A stretch of DNA of 64,000 bases, from the NCBI RefSeq assembly GCF_002365595.1, contig NZ_DFAM01000016.1. One strand, 5' to 3'. Below the pieces are notes generated by a model, which was not told where the DNA came from, searched no databases, and was given only the letters and a program-made list of their open reading frames with translations. This document shows positions 56,143 to 64,000 of this stretch, one piece after another. Position 1 is the first letter of the stretch; each line of letters opens with the position of its first letter. The position numbers were made by a program, and so were the translations under genes. The DNA comes from Acinetobacter sp. UBA3106 (lineage in GTDB: Bacteria > Pseudomonadota > Gammaproteobacteria > Pseudomonadales > Moraxellaceae).

Positions 56143-58440
56143 ATGTCGAATATGCAACTGGACACCTTAAGACGCATTGTGCAGGAAATCAATGCGTCCA
56201 CCAGTTTGCATGAATCACTCGACATCATGGTCAATCAGGTTGCTGAAGCCATGCATGTAGATGTCTGCTCCATTTACCTGCTTGATGAACGTAACCAGCG
56301 TTATCTGCTCATGGCGTCTAAAGGATTAAATCCTGAAGCTGTCGGGCACGTTTCTTTACATACTAGTGAAGGTCTGGTCGGACTGGTAGGTCAACGCGAA
56401 GAAATCGTCAATCTGGACAATGCACCGAAGCATGAACGCTTTATGTACCTGCCTGAAACCGGGGAAGAAATTTATAATTCTTTTCTTGGCGTTCCTGTCA
56501 TGTACCGCCGTAAAGTGATGGGCGTTCTGGTGGTACAAAATAAAGAATCTCAAGATTTTAGTGAAGCTGCCGAATCGTTCCTGGTCACGCTGTGTGCCCA
56601 GCTTTCCGGTGTAATTGCCCATGCTCATGCGGTCGGCAATATCGATGTATTCCGCAAGCCAAGCAACCTTCCCGCTTATAAAACCTTCCAGGGTGTTTCA
56701 GGTTCAGGCGGCATTGCCTTAGGGCGTGCCGTCATTCTCTATCCGCCTGCAGATTTGGCGGCTGTACCTGACCGTGAAGCGGATGACATCAGTGAAGAAC
56801 TGGAACTGCTTGATCATGCGCTGAATGCGGTGCGTCAGGAAATTCAATCCCTTGATGAAAAAATGCAAGATGCCTTAATGGCAGAAGAACGCGCCCTATT
56901 TAGCGTGTTCTTGCGCATGCTGGATGAAAATGCTTTACCTTCTGAAATTAAAGCTGAAATCCGCGATGGTAACTGGGCACAAGGTGCAGTCAGAAATGTC
57001 ATTGATAATCACATTGCCCTGTTTGCACAAATGGAAGACGATTATCTACGCGAACGTGTTTCCGACCTGAAAGATCTCGGACGTCGCATTCTGGCATTTT
57101 TACAGGAAGCCGATGCCAGCCATCGCGAACTGACTGATGAAAGTATTCTGATTGGGGAAGAAATTTCAACGGCAGCCCTGGTTGAATTACCGGTCGATAA
57201 AATTGCTGCGATTGTCACCACCGAAGGTGCCATGAACTCGCATATGGTGATTGTGGCACGTGCGCTGGGCATTCCTACTGTGGTTGGTGTCACTGAACTG
57301 CCGATTAATACCTTGGATGATGTCGAGATGATTGTCGATGCTCATCAGGGACGTGTGTTTATTAATCCGCCTCGCCGTTTGCGTAGCCGTTATAAAGAAA
57401 TTCAGAAAGAAGAAGAACAGCTTGCTAAAGACTTAAAGCAATACGAGACCAAAGATGCGATTACGCCGGATGGAGTTGCCGTTAAACTGTTTGTGAACAC
57501 GGGCTTGATGATTGATGTGGTACGTGGGGTACAACGTGGCGCTAAAGGCGTAGGTTTATATCGTTCTGAAATTCCGTTTATGCTACGTGACCGCTTCCCC
57601 GGCGAAGAAGAACAGCGTGCCATTTACCGCCAGCAGCTCAGTCACTTTGCCAATAAACCTGTGGTGATGCGGACTCTCGACATTGGTGCAGATAAGGATT
57701 TACCTTATTTCTCCATTGAAGAAGAAAACTCGGCGCTGGGCTGGCGCGGCATCCGTTTTACTTTAGATCATCCTGAAATTTTTTCTGCACAAATTCGTGC
57801 CATGCTCAAAGCCAGTATTGGTCTGAATAACTTGCACATTTTACTGCCAATGATCACCAGTGTCAGTGAAGTAGAAGAAGCTTTATATCTACTGGATCGA
57901 GACTGGGCCGCAGTTCAGGAAGAAGAACAAGTTAAAATTACCAAGCCAAAAATCGGCATTATGGTTGAAGTACCGAGTGTGCTGTTACAGATTGAAGAGT
58001 TTTCTGAGCTGGTGGATTTCTTCTCGGTCGGTTCCAATGACTTGACCCAGTATTTACTGGCAGTCGACCGTAATAATCCTCGAGTTGCCAATGTGTATTC
58101 GCATTTCCATCCTGCGGTTTTACGCGCCTTGACCCGTCTGGTTCAGGAATGTCATAAATATGATAAACCGATTAGTATTTGTGGAGAAATGGCTGGCGAC
58201 CCATTGGCGGCTGTACTGCTGATGGCGATGGGCTTTAATACCCTGTCGATGAGTTCTAGCAATATTTTGCGGGTGCGTAAAGCGATTTGTCATGTTCCAA
58301 TGACCGATGCGCAGGAACAGCTGGAACGTGTATTAAAAATGAGTAATCCACTGATGGTGAAAAGCTGGATGGAGTATTACTTCAAGACCCATGGCCTGGG
58401 GGATATGGTGAAATCTGCAACCCGTATTGTAGGCGCTTAA
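56143..58440 (+). CDS. ptsP: Phosphoenolpyruvate-protein phosphotransferase PtsP (EI-Ntr) with an N-terminal GAF domain
   Basis: 765 aa. It has a GAF domain, the phospho-His region TTEGAMNSHMVIVARALGIP, and the C-terminal PEP-utilising domain (FFSVGSNDLTQY). Confidence 0.9.
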   Translation: MSNMQLDTLRRIVQEINASTSLHESLDIMVNQVAEAMHVDVCSIYLLDERNQRYLLMASKGLNPEAVGHVSLHTSEGLVGLVGQREEIVNLDNAPKHERFMYLPETGEEIYNSFLGVPVMYRRKVMGVLVVQNKESQDFSEAAESFLVTLCAQLSGVIAHAHAVGNIDVFRKPSNLPAYKTFQGVSGSGGIALGRAVILYPPADLAAVPDREADDISEELELLDHALNAVRQEIQSLDEKMQDALMAEERALFSVFLRMLDENALPSEIKAEIRDGNWAQGAVRNVIDNHIALFAQMEDDYLRERVSDLKDLGRRILAFLQEADASHRELTDESILIGEEISTAALVELPVDKIAAIVTTEGAMNSHMVIVARALGIPTVVGVTELPINTLDDVEMIVDAHQGRVFINPPRRLRSRYKEIQKEEEQLAKDLKQYETKDAITPDGVAVKLFVNTGLMIDVVRGVQRGAKGVGLYRSEIPFMLRDRFPGEEEQRAIYRQQLSHFANKPVVMRTLDIGADKDLPYFSIEEENSALGWRGIRFTLDHPEIFSAQIRAMLKASIGLNNLHILLPMITSVSEVEEALYLLDRDWAAVQEEEQVKITKPKIGIMVEVPSVLLQIEEFSELVDFFSVGSNDLTQYLLAVDRNNPRVANVYSHFHPAVLRALTRLVQECHKYDKPISICGEMAGDPLAAVLLMAMGFNTLSMSSSNILRVRKAICHVPMTDAQEQLERVLKMSNPLMVKSWMEYYFKTHGLGDMVKSATRIVGA

Positions 58441-58452
58441 TTCTATTCAGAT

Positions 58453-58647
58453 CTAAGAAAATACAGTGAAATAAAAAGAGAGATAGTCATTTGAGTATCT
58501 CCCTTTTTTGTGCTTATCATAGCCACGTTTTGCATTTTTCTTGCGGTCCACAAAGACTTGGCTTTTGTTGACCTCATGCATGTGTTTTGCCACAAAGTTG
58601 TGAACCACAACCTCTGGCAATCCTTTTTTCTTTGCCATTTTACTCAC
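58453..58647 (-). CDS. arfA: Candidate alternative ribosome-rescue factor ArfA
   Basis: 64 codons. The basic core VFVDRKKNAKRGYDKHKKG resembles the ArfA signature (E. coli [23 protein letters not shown]). It has a hydrophobic tail, and a terminator hairpin lies inside the ORF before the stop. Confidence 0.5.
   Translation of the reverse strand: MSKMAKKKGLPEVVVHNFVAKHMHEVNKSQVFVDRKKNAKRGYDKHKKGRYSNDYLSFYFTVFS
58473..58508. terminator. Bidirectional terminator hairpin located inside the 3' end of the arfA-like ORF
   Basis: A 13-bp stem pairs 58473-58485 with 58496-58508. The single A.C mismatch on the plus strand becomes G.U in the minus-strand RNA. Minus-strand RNA reads GGGAGAUAC..UAUCUCUCUUUUU. 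On the plus strand it follows ptsP. Confidence 0.7.
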
Positions 58648-58801
58648 CTGTTTTCATTCACTATCCAGATTGGACAGTAAGCTGATATTACGCTTTTTTG
58701 CACAGAATTCAAGCGGTTTTTACCGTGCGATACAGTTTATATAAAAAATAATAATTTCAAATACTTAATCTATTATTCTTAGTCTTTAGATCAACCAGTT
58801 C

Positions 58802-59200
58802 TTACAATGTATGCATATTGAAAAAATGCATGGCCAAATAGCAGAGCAAGAGCAACCAGATTAAAATGATCACGCCTGCCGCCCAGCGATTGACAGGCCG
58901 TTCCGCCAATAGCGAGGCACGAATTCTGCAATCGTCTATAATTTCTTTTGGCGTAAGCTTAATCACCAATAGCAGCCCCAAGGGCACAATAATAAGATCA
59001 TCCAGATAGCCCAGCACTGGAATAAAATCGGGAATCAGATCAATCGGTGATAGCGCATATGCCGCAATCATCAGTGCCAGTAGTTTGATCCAGACAGGTG
59101 TTCGCTCATGTTTAGCTACCAGCCAAACGACCACAATCTCTTTTTTAAGTGCTTTGGCCCATTGTTTAATTTGTTGATACATACAGGTAGTGATCATCAA
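58802..59200 (-). CDS. DUF1232 (YkvA-like) membrane protein
   Basis: AAYALSPIDLIPDFIPVLGYLDDLIIVP is the DUF1232 signature. Confidence 0.7.
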   Translation of the reverse strand: MMITTCMYQQIKQWAKALKKEIVVVWLVAKHERTPVWIKLLALMIAAYALSPIDLIPDFIPVLGYLDDLIIVPLGLLLVIKLTPKEIIDDCRIRASLLAERPVNRWAAGVIILIWLLLLCYLAMHFFNMHTL

Positions 59201-59424
59201 AAATTTCTAAAACATATTAAATAAATTTTCTTAAATGAATATAAATTTTCCAGTTTCAAGCTTATGTTCGTGTAAGTAGCTGAAGCTCTACTTTCCTTGA
59301 TCATCACAATAAAAAATAAATTTATGAAAGGGTTTTTCTCATTTCAAAAATTCACAAAATATATTTTAAGTACTCAAGTGAGAGACTTTTAATTAATATT
59401 TTCATCCCCTGCCCTCATCCCACG

Positions 59425-59459
59425 CCTTCTCCCTGAGCCATAGATGGCGCAAGAGAAGG
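59425..59459. repeat. GC-rich imperfect palindrome downstream of the acyl-CoA dehydrogenase gene
   Basis: ccttctc-(21 nt containing gccat..atggc)-gagaagg. It is a different sequence family from the CTCCCTTTTT units and is a likely terminator or REP. Confidence 0.5.
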
Positions 59460-59477
59460 ACTTTTATCATGACAATA

Positions 59478-61157
59478 TCAGTTAACGTGAGCTAAAACCC
59501 GCTCTAGCAATCTTTCCACATCTACCTGCTTCGCTTCAATCATACCGACCACTCGGCCATGAAATTCGCTATAACGCGTTTGAATAAAAGCATCGGCCAC
59601 GTAATCCGGGGCATAACGTTTCAACAACACTGCTTGCGCTAAAATCACCAGACGACTGACCAGACTGCGCCCCATAAACTGCAGTTCTTCAGGCGATTTT
59701 TGGAATAGTTTAAACAGGTTTTGTAATTCATTTTTCAGCGTTTCATCTTGCATCACAGTCGATGCCAAATCTTTAAACAGCACTTCAATGGATTCAGGTT
59801 CTCGTGCAATTGCACGCAGTACATCCAGACACATGACATTACCCGACCCTTCCCAAATGGTATTCACCGGAGCTTCTTTGAATATGCGTGCCATGATACC
59901 GTTATCGACATAACCATTGCCGCCAAAGACTTCCATCATCTCACCGGTCAGCTCAACTGCACGTTTGCAAATCCAAAACTTGGAAGCAGGTGTCATGATT
60001 CTTTTCCATGCCAGAGACAGAGCATCATCCGATTCATAACAATGTGCCAGATGGAAACTGAGTTGCATCGCAGCTTCTGTTTCCAAAGCTAAATCTGCCA
60101 ACACAGCACGCATCAAAGGCTGTTCGGCCAAGTGTTTTCCAAAAGCCTTACGCTGACGAGTATAGGCAATACATTGCACTAGAGCCTGACGCAGCATCGC
60201 GCTACTGCCGACCGAACAGGTTAAGCGGGTGTAGTTCGCCATTTCAATAATGGTCGGAATGCCGCGTCCTGCTTCGCCAATCATGATGCCCCAGGCATCC
60301 TTAAATTCGACTTCGGAACTAGAGTTGCTGCGGTTACCGACTTTCTCTTTTAGACGCTGCACATGAATATTGTTTTTCGTGCCATCTTCCAGCCAGCGCG
60401 GCACAAAGAAACAGGCCAAGCCATCTTGCTCGGTTTTCGCTACCACCAAATGTGCATCACACATCGGCGCAGAAAAAAACCATTTATGTCCAGTCAGTAA
60501 ATAAGCCTTGCCACGACCTGACTCAGCGACAGGTACAGCCAGTGTCTCATTGGCACGCACATCCGAACCGCCCTGCTTTTCGGTCATGCCCATCCCGAGC
60601 CAAATCGATTTCTTCTGGGCTATTGGCAGGTCACGTTCATCGTATTCGGTAGATAGCAGTTTCTCGCCTATTTTTGCCCATAGTTCAGGTTCACGCTGAA
60701 TCAGCGGAATACTGCCAAGCGTCATCGAAGTCGGGCATAAACTGCCAGATTCCACCTGTCCGCTTAAGTAAAAACGTGCTGCCCACTCCACCCATTTGGC
60801 AGATGATTCTGTATGATTAAATGGATGAGCATGGCTGTCAAATTTGCGGTTTAAAGCCATCCATTGATGCCATGCAGGATGAAATTCAATATAGTCTTTA
60901 CGGCGACCGCGCGCATCGAAGGCATGCAAAATGGGGGTGTGTTTATTGGCTAAATCGGCATATTGATAATACTCGGCTGATCCCACCACTTTCCCCATCT
61001 GCGACAAGGTGGCCTGATCCTGACTGCCGTAACGGTGCAAAATTTCTTTTAATACGGTGTCTGTTTCAAACAGGTTGTAGTCTTGCAGTTCGTCAAACTG
61101 GTTGCTGATCTGATGGGTCATCCATGTCTGATTTGATAACTGGTTCGATGTATTCAT
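59478..61157 (-). CDS. AidB-like acyl-CoA dehydrogenase
   Basis: 559 aa. The N-terminal extension plus ACAD domains (GMTEKQGGSDVR, WFFSAP, and the C-terminal helical domain) are as in AidB. Confidence 0.85.
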   Translation of the reverse strand: MNTSNQLSNQTWMTHQISNQFDELQDYNLFETDTVLKEILHRYGSQDQATLSQMGKVVGSAEYYQYADLANKHTPILHAFDARGRRKDYIEFHPAWHQWMALNRKFDSHAHPFNHTESSAKWVEWAARFYLSGQVESGSLCPTSMTLGSIPLIQREPELWAKIGEKLLSTEYDERDLPIAQKKSIWLGMGMTEKQGGSDVRANETLAVPVAESGRGKAYLLTGHKWFFSAPMCDAHLVVAKTEQDGLACFFVPRWLEDGTKNNIHVQRLKEKVGNRSNSSSEVEFKDAWGIMIGEAGRGIPTIIEMANYTRLTCSVGSSAMLRQALVQCIAYTRQRKAFGKHLAEQPLMRAVLADLALETEAAMQLSFHLAHCYESDDALSLAWKRIMTPASKFWICKRAVELTGEMMEVFGGNGYVDNGIMARIFKEAPVNTIWEGSGNVMCLDVLRAIAREPESIEVLFKDLASTVMQDETLKNELQNLFKLFQKSPEELQFMGRSLVSRLVILAQAVLLKRYAPDYVADAFIQTRYSEFHGRVVGMIEAKQVDVERLLERVLAHVN

Positions 61158-61236
61158 CGTCTATATTTCCTGCTTGTTGTTCTGGGCTTTTCATTCCAGT
61201 ATAGAGAAAAAATAGCCACAGCATGTTCGGCTTTGT

Positions 61237-61887
61237 TTGATCAAGAGTTTTATGAAAAATCCACAGATTCAAGTACGGCGTAAGCCGCGTCAGTCCAGAG
61301 CCAAGCTGACTCAGGAAGCCTTGCAGGACAGTTTTGTTCGGCTTTTGCATGAGCGTGCTGCACATGACATTACCATTCGCGAGATTACCGATTTGGCCGG
61401 TGTAGGCTTGGGCACGTTCTATGAATATTTTTCCAAGAAAGAAGATTTGGTTGCGCTGACCATTCACCGACATGTGAAAAACAATGCTGAGGACTTAAAA
61501 ACTTATGCACAAAGCCTGATCAAGTTATCCACAGATATGGCTCTGGATGATTATTTAAGACAGGTGATTCATTTTCAGCTTGAGCAGATTCAAGCACAGC
61601 AGTTTCTATGGGCACAGACCTTTTTGCTGGAACGTCAAATTTCCAATATTGAGAGTTACCGTAAGAGTTACAAAATGATGATGCAAATGTGGCAAAACAT
61701 TCTTGCACCTTTTATTCAGGATGCTGGACAGCTCAAACGGATGAGTTTAAATGTGCAACGGGTCTGCTATGGCTTTGTGTCGCAGACGTTGTTGATGGAG
61801 CCTGAGTTTGTCGAGTGGGATGAGTTGGAGAACGATATTATTCAAACTTCAATTAACTTAATTTTTAATAAAAATGTTTTTTTTTGA
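61237..61887 (+). CDS. TetR-family transcriptional regulator
   Basis: HTH is ITIREITDLAGVGLGTFYEYF. It is divergent from the acyl-CoA dehydrogenase gene. Confidence 0.8.
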   Translation: MIKSFMKNPQIQVRRKPRQSRAKLTQEALQDSFVRLLHERAAHDITIREITDLAGVGLGTFYEYFSKKEDLVALTIHRHVKNNAEDLKTYAQSLIKLSTDMALDDYLRQVIHFQLEQIQAQQFLWAQTFLLERQISNIESYRKSYKMMMQMWQNILAPFIQDAGQLKRMSLNVQRVCYGFVSQTLLMEPEFVEWDELENDIIQTSINLIFNKNVFF

Positions 61888-62107
61888 AGTTAAAGATCCA
61901 TTTTTGGTTGGCAAAACATATCAAAGCCGCTCATAAAAAAAGCCGACTTGTTTCCAACCTGGATTTTTCGCATTTTTGTGTTGTGGTAATAATTTTAAAT
62001 ATTTGATTTTTAAATTAATGTACACGTGCAGTTTGTATAAAGACCATTATATTAAATAAAGCATCAAAATTAATCATGAAATTTTCAAGAAAAAATCATA
62101 AATATTT

Positions 62108-62135
62108 TTGACAAACAAAAAAAATCATGTATTAT
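62108..62135 (+). promoter_or_regulatory. Near-consensus sigma-70 promoter in front of the low-GC gene cluster
   Basis: TTGACA (62108-62113), a 16-nt spacer, then TATTAT (62130-62135), 41 nt upstream of the ATG at 62177. Confidence 0.5.
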
Positions 62136-62176
62136 TCCAATTATTAAATTTGTGATTTTTTCTGGAAAAAAACATT

Positions 62177-63109
62177 ATGTTATTAAGTTGTTTTGAATTA
62201 GATAATAAAATTATAAGCTTAGAGTCTTATTTATCGAATATATTTGAGGCTTCATATCTTCATCAGATTATTACGGAAAATTATTCAGATGATTATCTAA
62301 AAGGGAGCACAGATAAACTATTTGGTTTACCTCCAGAATCCTCTGAAATTATACATCAACCTAGTTTGTACAGTCTTGATGAAGAACTACAAAAAGTTGC
62401 GAAGCAGACTTTTATGAATACATTTATTTGTAATGCATGTCTAACTCTATATGAATATGCGGTAAATGGTATTCCGACTTCTGAACATTGGAGTGATATT
62501 GTTGAAGATGTAAATATCTATCTTCAACATATTCATAGCGACTTTTCACCTATTTCTCCTAATACACGCGTAATTGTAGATCTCGCACTTTTAAGATTTG
62601 GAATAGATGGTGAACAGGATTCAAATCATTTTATTTGTGATTTGGATAAATTCAAAGTTATTGCACTCATGGCTGATCTAGATGAGCGAACTGTAAAAAA
62701 TGCTCATTCACAAGGTTTTTTTAATGGTGATTCAGGAGATTTTGATTTTAATGCCATTAAATTATGGTTAAGCACAAAACGAGGTTTTATACCTACCAAA
62801 GGCTTAATCAAAAAGAATAGTCAATCCTTAAATGAAGTGAAAACAGCCCCAGAATTTGGTTACTTTTTAAAAGAAAAGAGAGAAAGTTTAGGGGCTTTAT
62901 TCGATCTGAAAGTATTTCAAACTAAACACTATCTTTTTGATAAAAAAACAGTTGTTGAATTAGAAAATGGTTTTTTTGATTTGCCATTAAACACAGTATC
63001 TATTCTTGCAAATGCTTATTACATAGATGAAAACGAATTTTTAAATTGTGTTATGAGAGTGTTTTTTTCTTCGGAGTTAGAAAAAATTAGAGGAATGAAA
63101 GATGCATAG
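62177..63109 (+). CDS. Hypothetical protein (310 aa) with an unknown N-terminal domain and a C-terminal XRE-like helix-turn-helix
   Basis: Very AT-rich ORF. The C-terminal segment FGYFLKEKRESLG...KKTVVELENG...LPLNTVSILANAYYIDENEF has the HTH_XRE pattern. Its stop overlaps the next ORF. Confidence 0.6.
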   Translation: MLLSCFELDNKIISLESYLSNIFEASYLHQIITENYSDDYLKGSTDKLFGLPPESSEIIHQPSLYSLDEELQKVAKQTFMNTFICNACLTLYEYAVNGIPTSEHWSDIVEDVNIYLQHIHSDFSPISPNTRVIVDLALLRFGIDGEQDSNHFICDLDKFKVIALMADLDERTVKNAHSQGFFNGDSGDFDFNAIKLWLSTKRGFIPTKGLIKKNSQSLNEVKTAPEFGYFLKEKRESLGALFDLKVFQTKHYLFDKKTVVELENGFFDLPLNTVSILANAYYIDENEFLNCVMRVFFSSELEKIRGMKDA

Positions 63110-63392
63110 TTTCAATACAACTCGCCATAGTAATAAGCGGATGAAGCAACGCGGCATTACTAAAGATATGATTGATTTTACTATTCTTTTTGGTGAAATA
63201 GATGGTGATAAATATTTTACAAATCAAAAGAATATAAAGGATGAAATATCAATGATTGATCTGAAAATTATGCAATTACGGAAATTAAGGAAGACAGCAT
63301 TAAAAGTTTTAGACAAAGGTGGGGTAACTGTTGTTGCTGATAATGGAAATATTATTTCTACTTATAATTTCAATAGTTATTTAAGTTACTAA
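63102..63392 (+). CDS. DUF4258-like small protein (toxin-type fold)
   Basis: 96 aa. TTRHSNKRMKQRGITKDMIDFTI... and ...VTVVADNGNIISTY resemble DUF4258 (H..R..eRgI ... ivTvy). There is an 8-nt overlap, ATGCATAG, with the upstream ORF. Confidence 0.55.
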   Translation: MHSFNTTRHSNKRMKQRGITKDMIDFTILFGEIDGDKYFTNQKNIKDEISMIDLKIMQLRKLRKTALKVLDKGGVTVVADNGNIISTYNFNSYLSY

Positions 63393-63433
63393 CTAAAGCT
63401 AAATCCATTCAATAAATTATTTACGAGGAATAT

Positions 63434-64000
63434 ATGGGTACTAAATCTTACTCAGAGATGGCTTCTGCCTTAAAAAAAGTTGTTATAAAATCTGATACAA
63501 CATTGGAACAGTTAGAATCTTTGAGAATTGCGAAAGATGGAGCTGTAGAAAGCTATTACATCCCGTTTGACTATCTTACACCGAACGCCAAAGTTGTTTT
63601 AGTTGGAATAACACCTGGTAAAACGCAATTATTGAATGCTCTTATTTCAGTAGAAAATTCTATTAAAAAAGGGCTTTCCACTAATGAAATTTTAAAAAAT
63701 GCTAAAGTAGAAGGAGCTTTTAGCGGAACATTAAGAAAAAACCTAGTGCAATTATTAGATTATATTGGTCTAGATAAAAAACTTGGTATTAAAAGTACAG
63801 ATTCTTTATTTAATACAAATGCACATTTAGTTCATACAACTTCTGTTTTACGTCATCCAGTTTTTGTAGATGGGCAAGATTATAGTGGTTCTACCCCTAA
63901 TATGATAAAACATCCCCTTATGGTCGATTTAATTGATAAGTATTTAAAAGAAGAAATTCGTCAATTACCTAATGCATTATATATTCCGCTAGGTCCAAAA
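63434..64000 (+). CDS. Uracil-DNA-glycosylase-superfamily-like protein, N-terminal 189 codons (3' end outside the window)
   Basis: Not in the ORF track because there is no stop before the window edge. I translated it by hand as MGTKSYSEM...VVLVGITPGKTQ...AFSGTLRKNLVQLLDYIGL...HTTSVLRHP...YIPLGPK. GAGGAA SD at 63425-63430. Confidence 0.55.
   Translation, partial: MGTKSYSEMASALKKVVIKSDTTLEQLESLRIAKDGAVESYYIPFDYLTPNAKVVLVGITPGKTQLLNALISVENSIKKGLSTNEILKNAKVEGAFSGTLRKNLVQLLDYIGLDKKLGIKSTDSLFNTNAHLVHTTSVLRHPVFVDGQDYSGSTPNMIKHPLMVDLIDKYLKEEIRQLPNALYIPLGPK

Noticed and set aside
61093-61473. 126-aa minus-strand ORF across the aidB-like/TetR divergent region
   Set aside because: It overlaps the 5' ends of two well-supported genes and their promoter region. 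It has no independent support.
61888-64000. Looked for integrase, transposase, tRNA target or flanking direct repeats to call the low-GC segment a defined mobile element
   Set aside because: None is visible within the window. The segment is reported as a compositional island only, not as a mobile_element feature.

Overview
The gene content, gene order, roughly 40-45% G+C and short GC-rich palindromic repeats of this 64-kb window look like an Acinetobacter/Moraxellaceae chromosome. That assignment is inference from memory of these families, since no search was run. Most of the window is ordinary core genome. In order it carries: leuS(3' end)-lptE-holA; a macA-macB-outer-membrane-factor efflux operon; thyA-folA; msrA; a tonB-exbB-exbD operon; purU; a TetR/aldehyde dehydrogenase pair; rpmB-rpmG; a Kef-type antiporter; an RRM RNA-binding protein; a divergent UvrD-like helicase; glycerate kinase; topA; slyX/uup; lpxL plus a GT4 glycosyltransferase; asd-fimV(split)-asparaginase-truA; infA; leuB-leuD-leuC; LysR plus an OvoA-type ovothiol synthase; a HAD hydrolase; rppH-ptsP; a candidate arfA; and an AidB-like acyl-CoA dehydrogenase with a TetR regulator. 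I found no rRNA, tRNA, CRISPR array, IS element, transposase or integrase. The most interesting region is the last ~2.1 kb (about 61.9 kb to the window edge). There the composition drops sharply (about 18-25% G+C in lines counted by hand). A tight same-strand cluster there encodes a 310-aa protein with a C-terminal HTH. An overlapping 96-aa gene encodes a DUF4258-like toxin-type protein. A third ORF, truncated by the window edge, has uracil-DNA-glycosylase-superfamily hallmarks. This looks like the start of an uncharacterised accessory or defence-type module that runs beyond the window. Other points worth a second look:
- A structured ~95-nt repeat (two full copies and one degenerate copy) has hairpin hexaloops C[AUGGAU]G that match the CsrA/RsmA binding consensus and show compensatory stem changes.
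- The arfA-like ORF has an intrinsic terminator inside its reading frame (non-stop mRNA logic).
- ovoA stands alone with no adjacent partner gene.
- FimV is split into two ORFs at its transmembrane segment.
- An orphan papain-fold amidase lies next to a 633-bp AT-rich gap.
- A family of CTCCCTTTTT-AAAGGGAG REP-like palindromes sits between genes.
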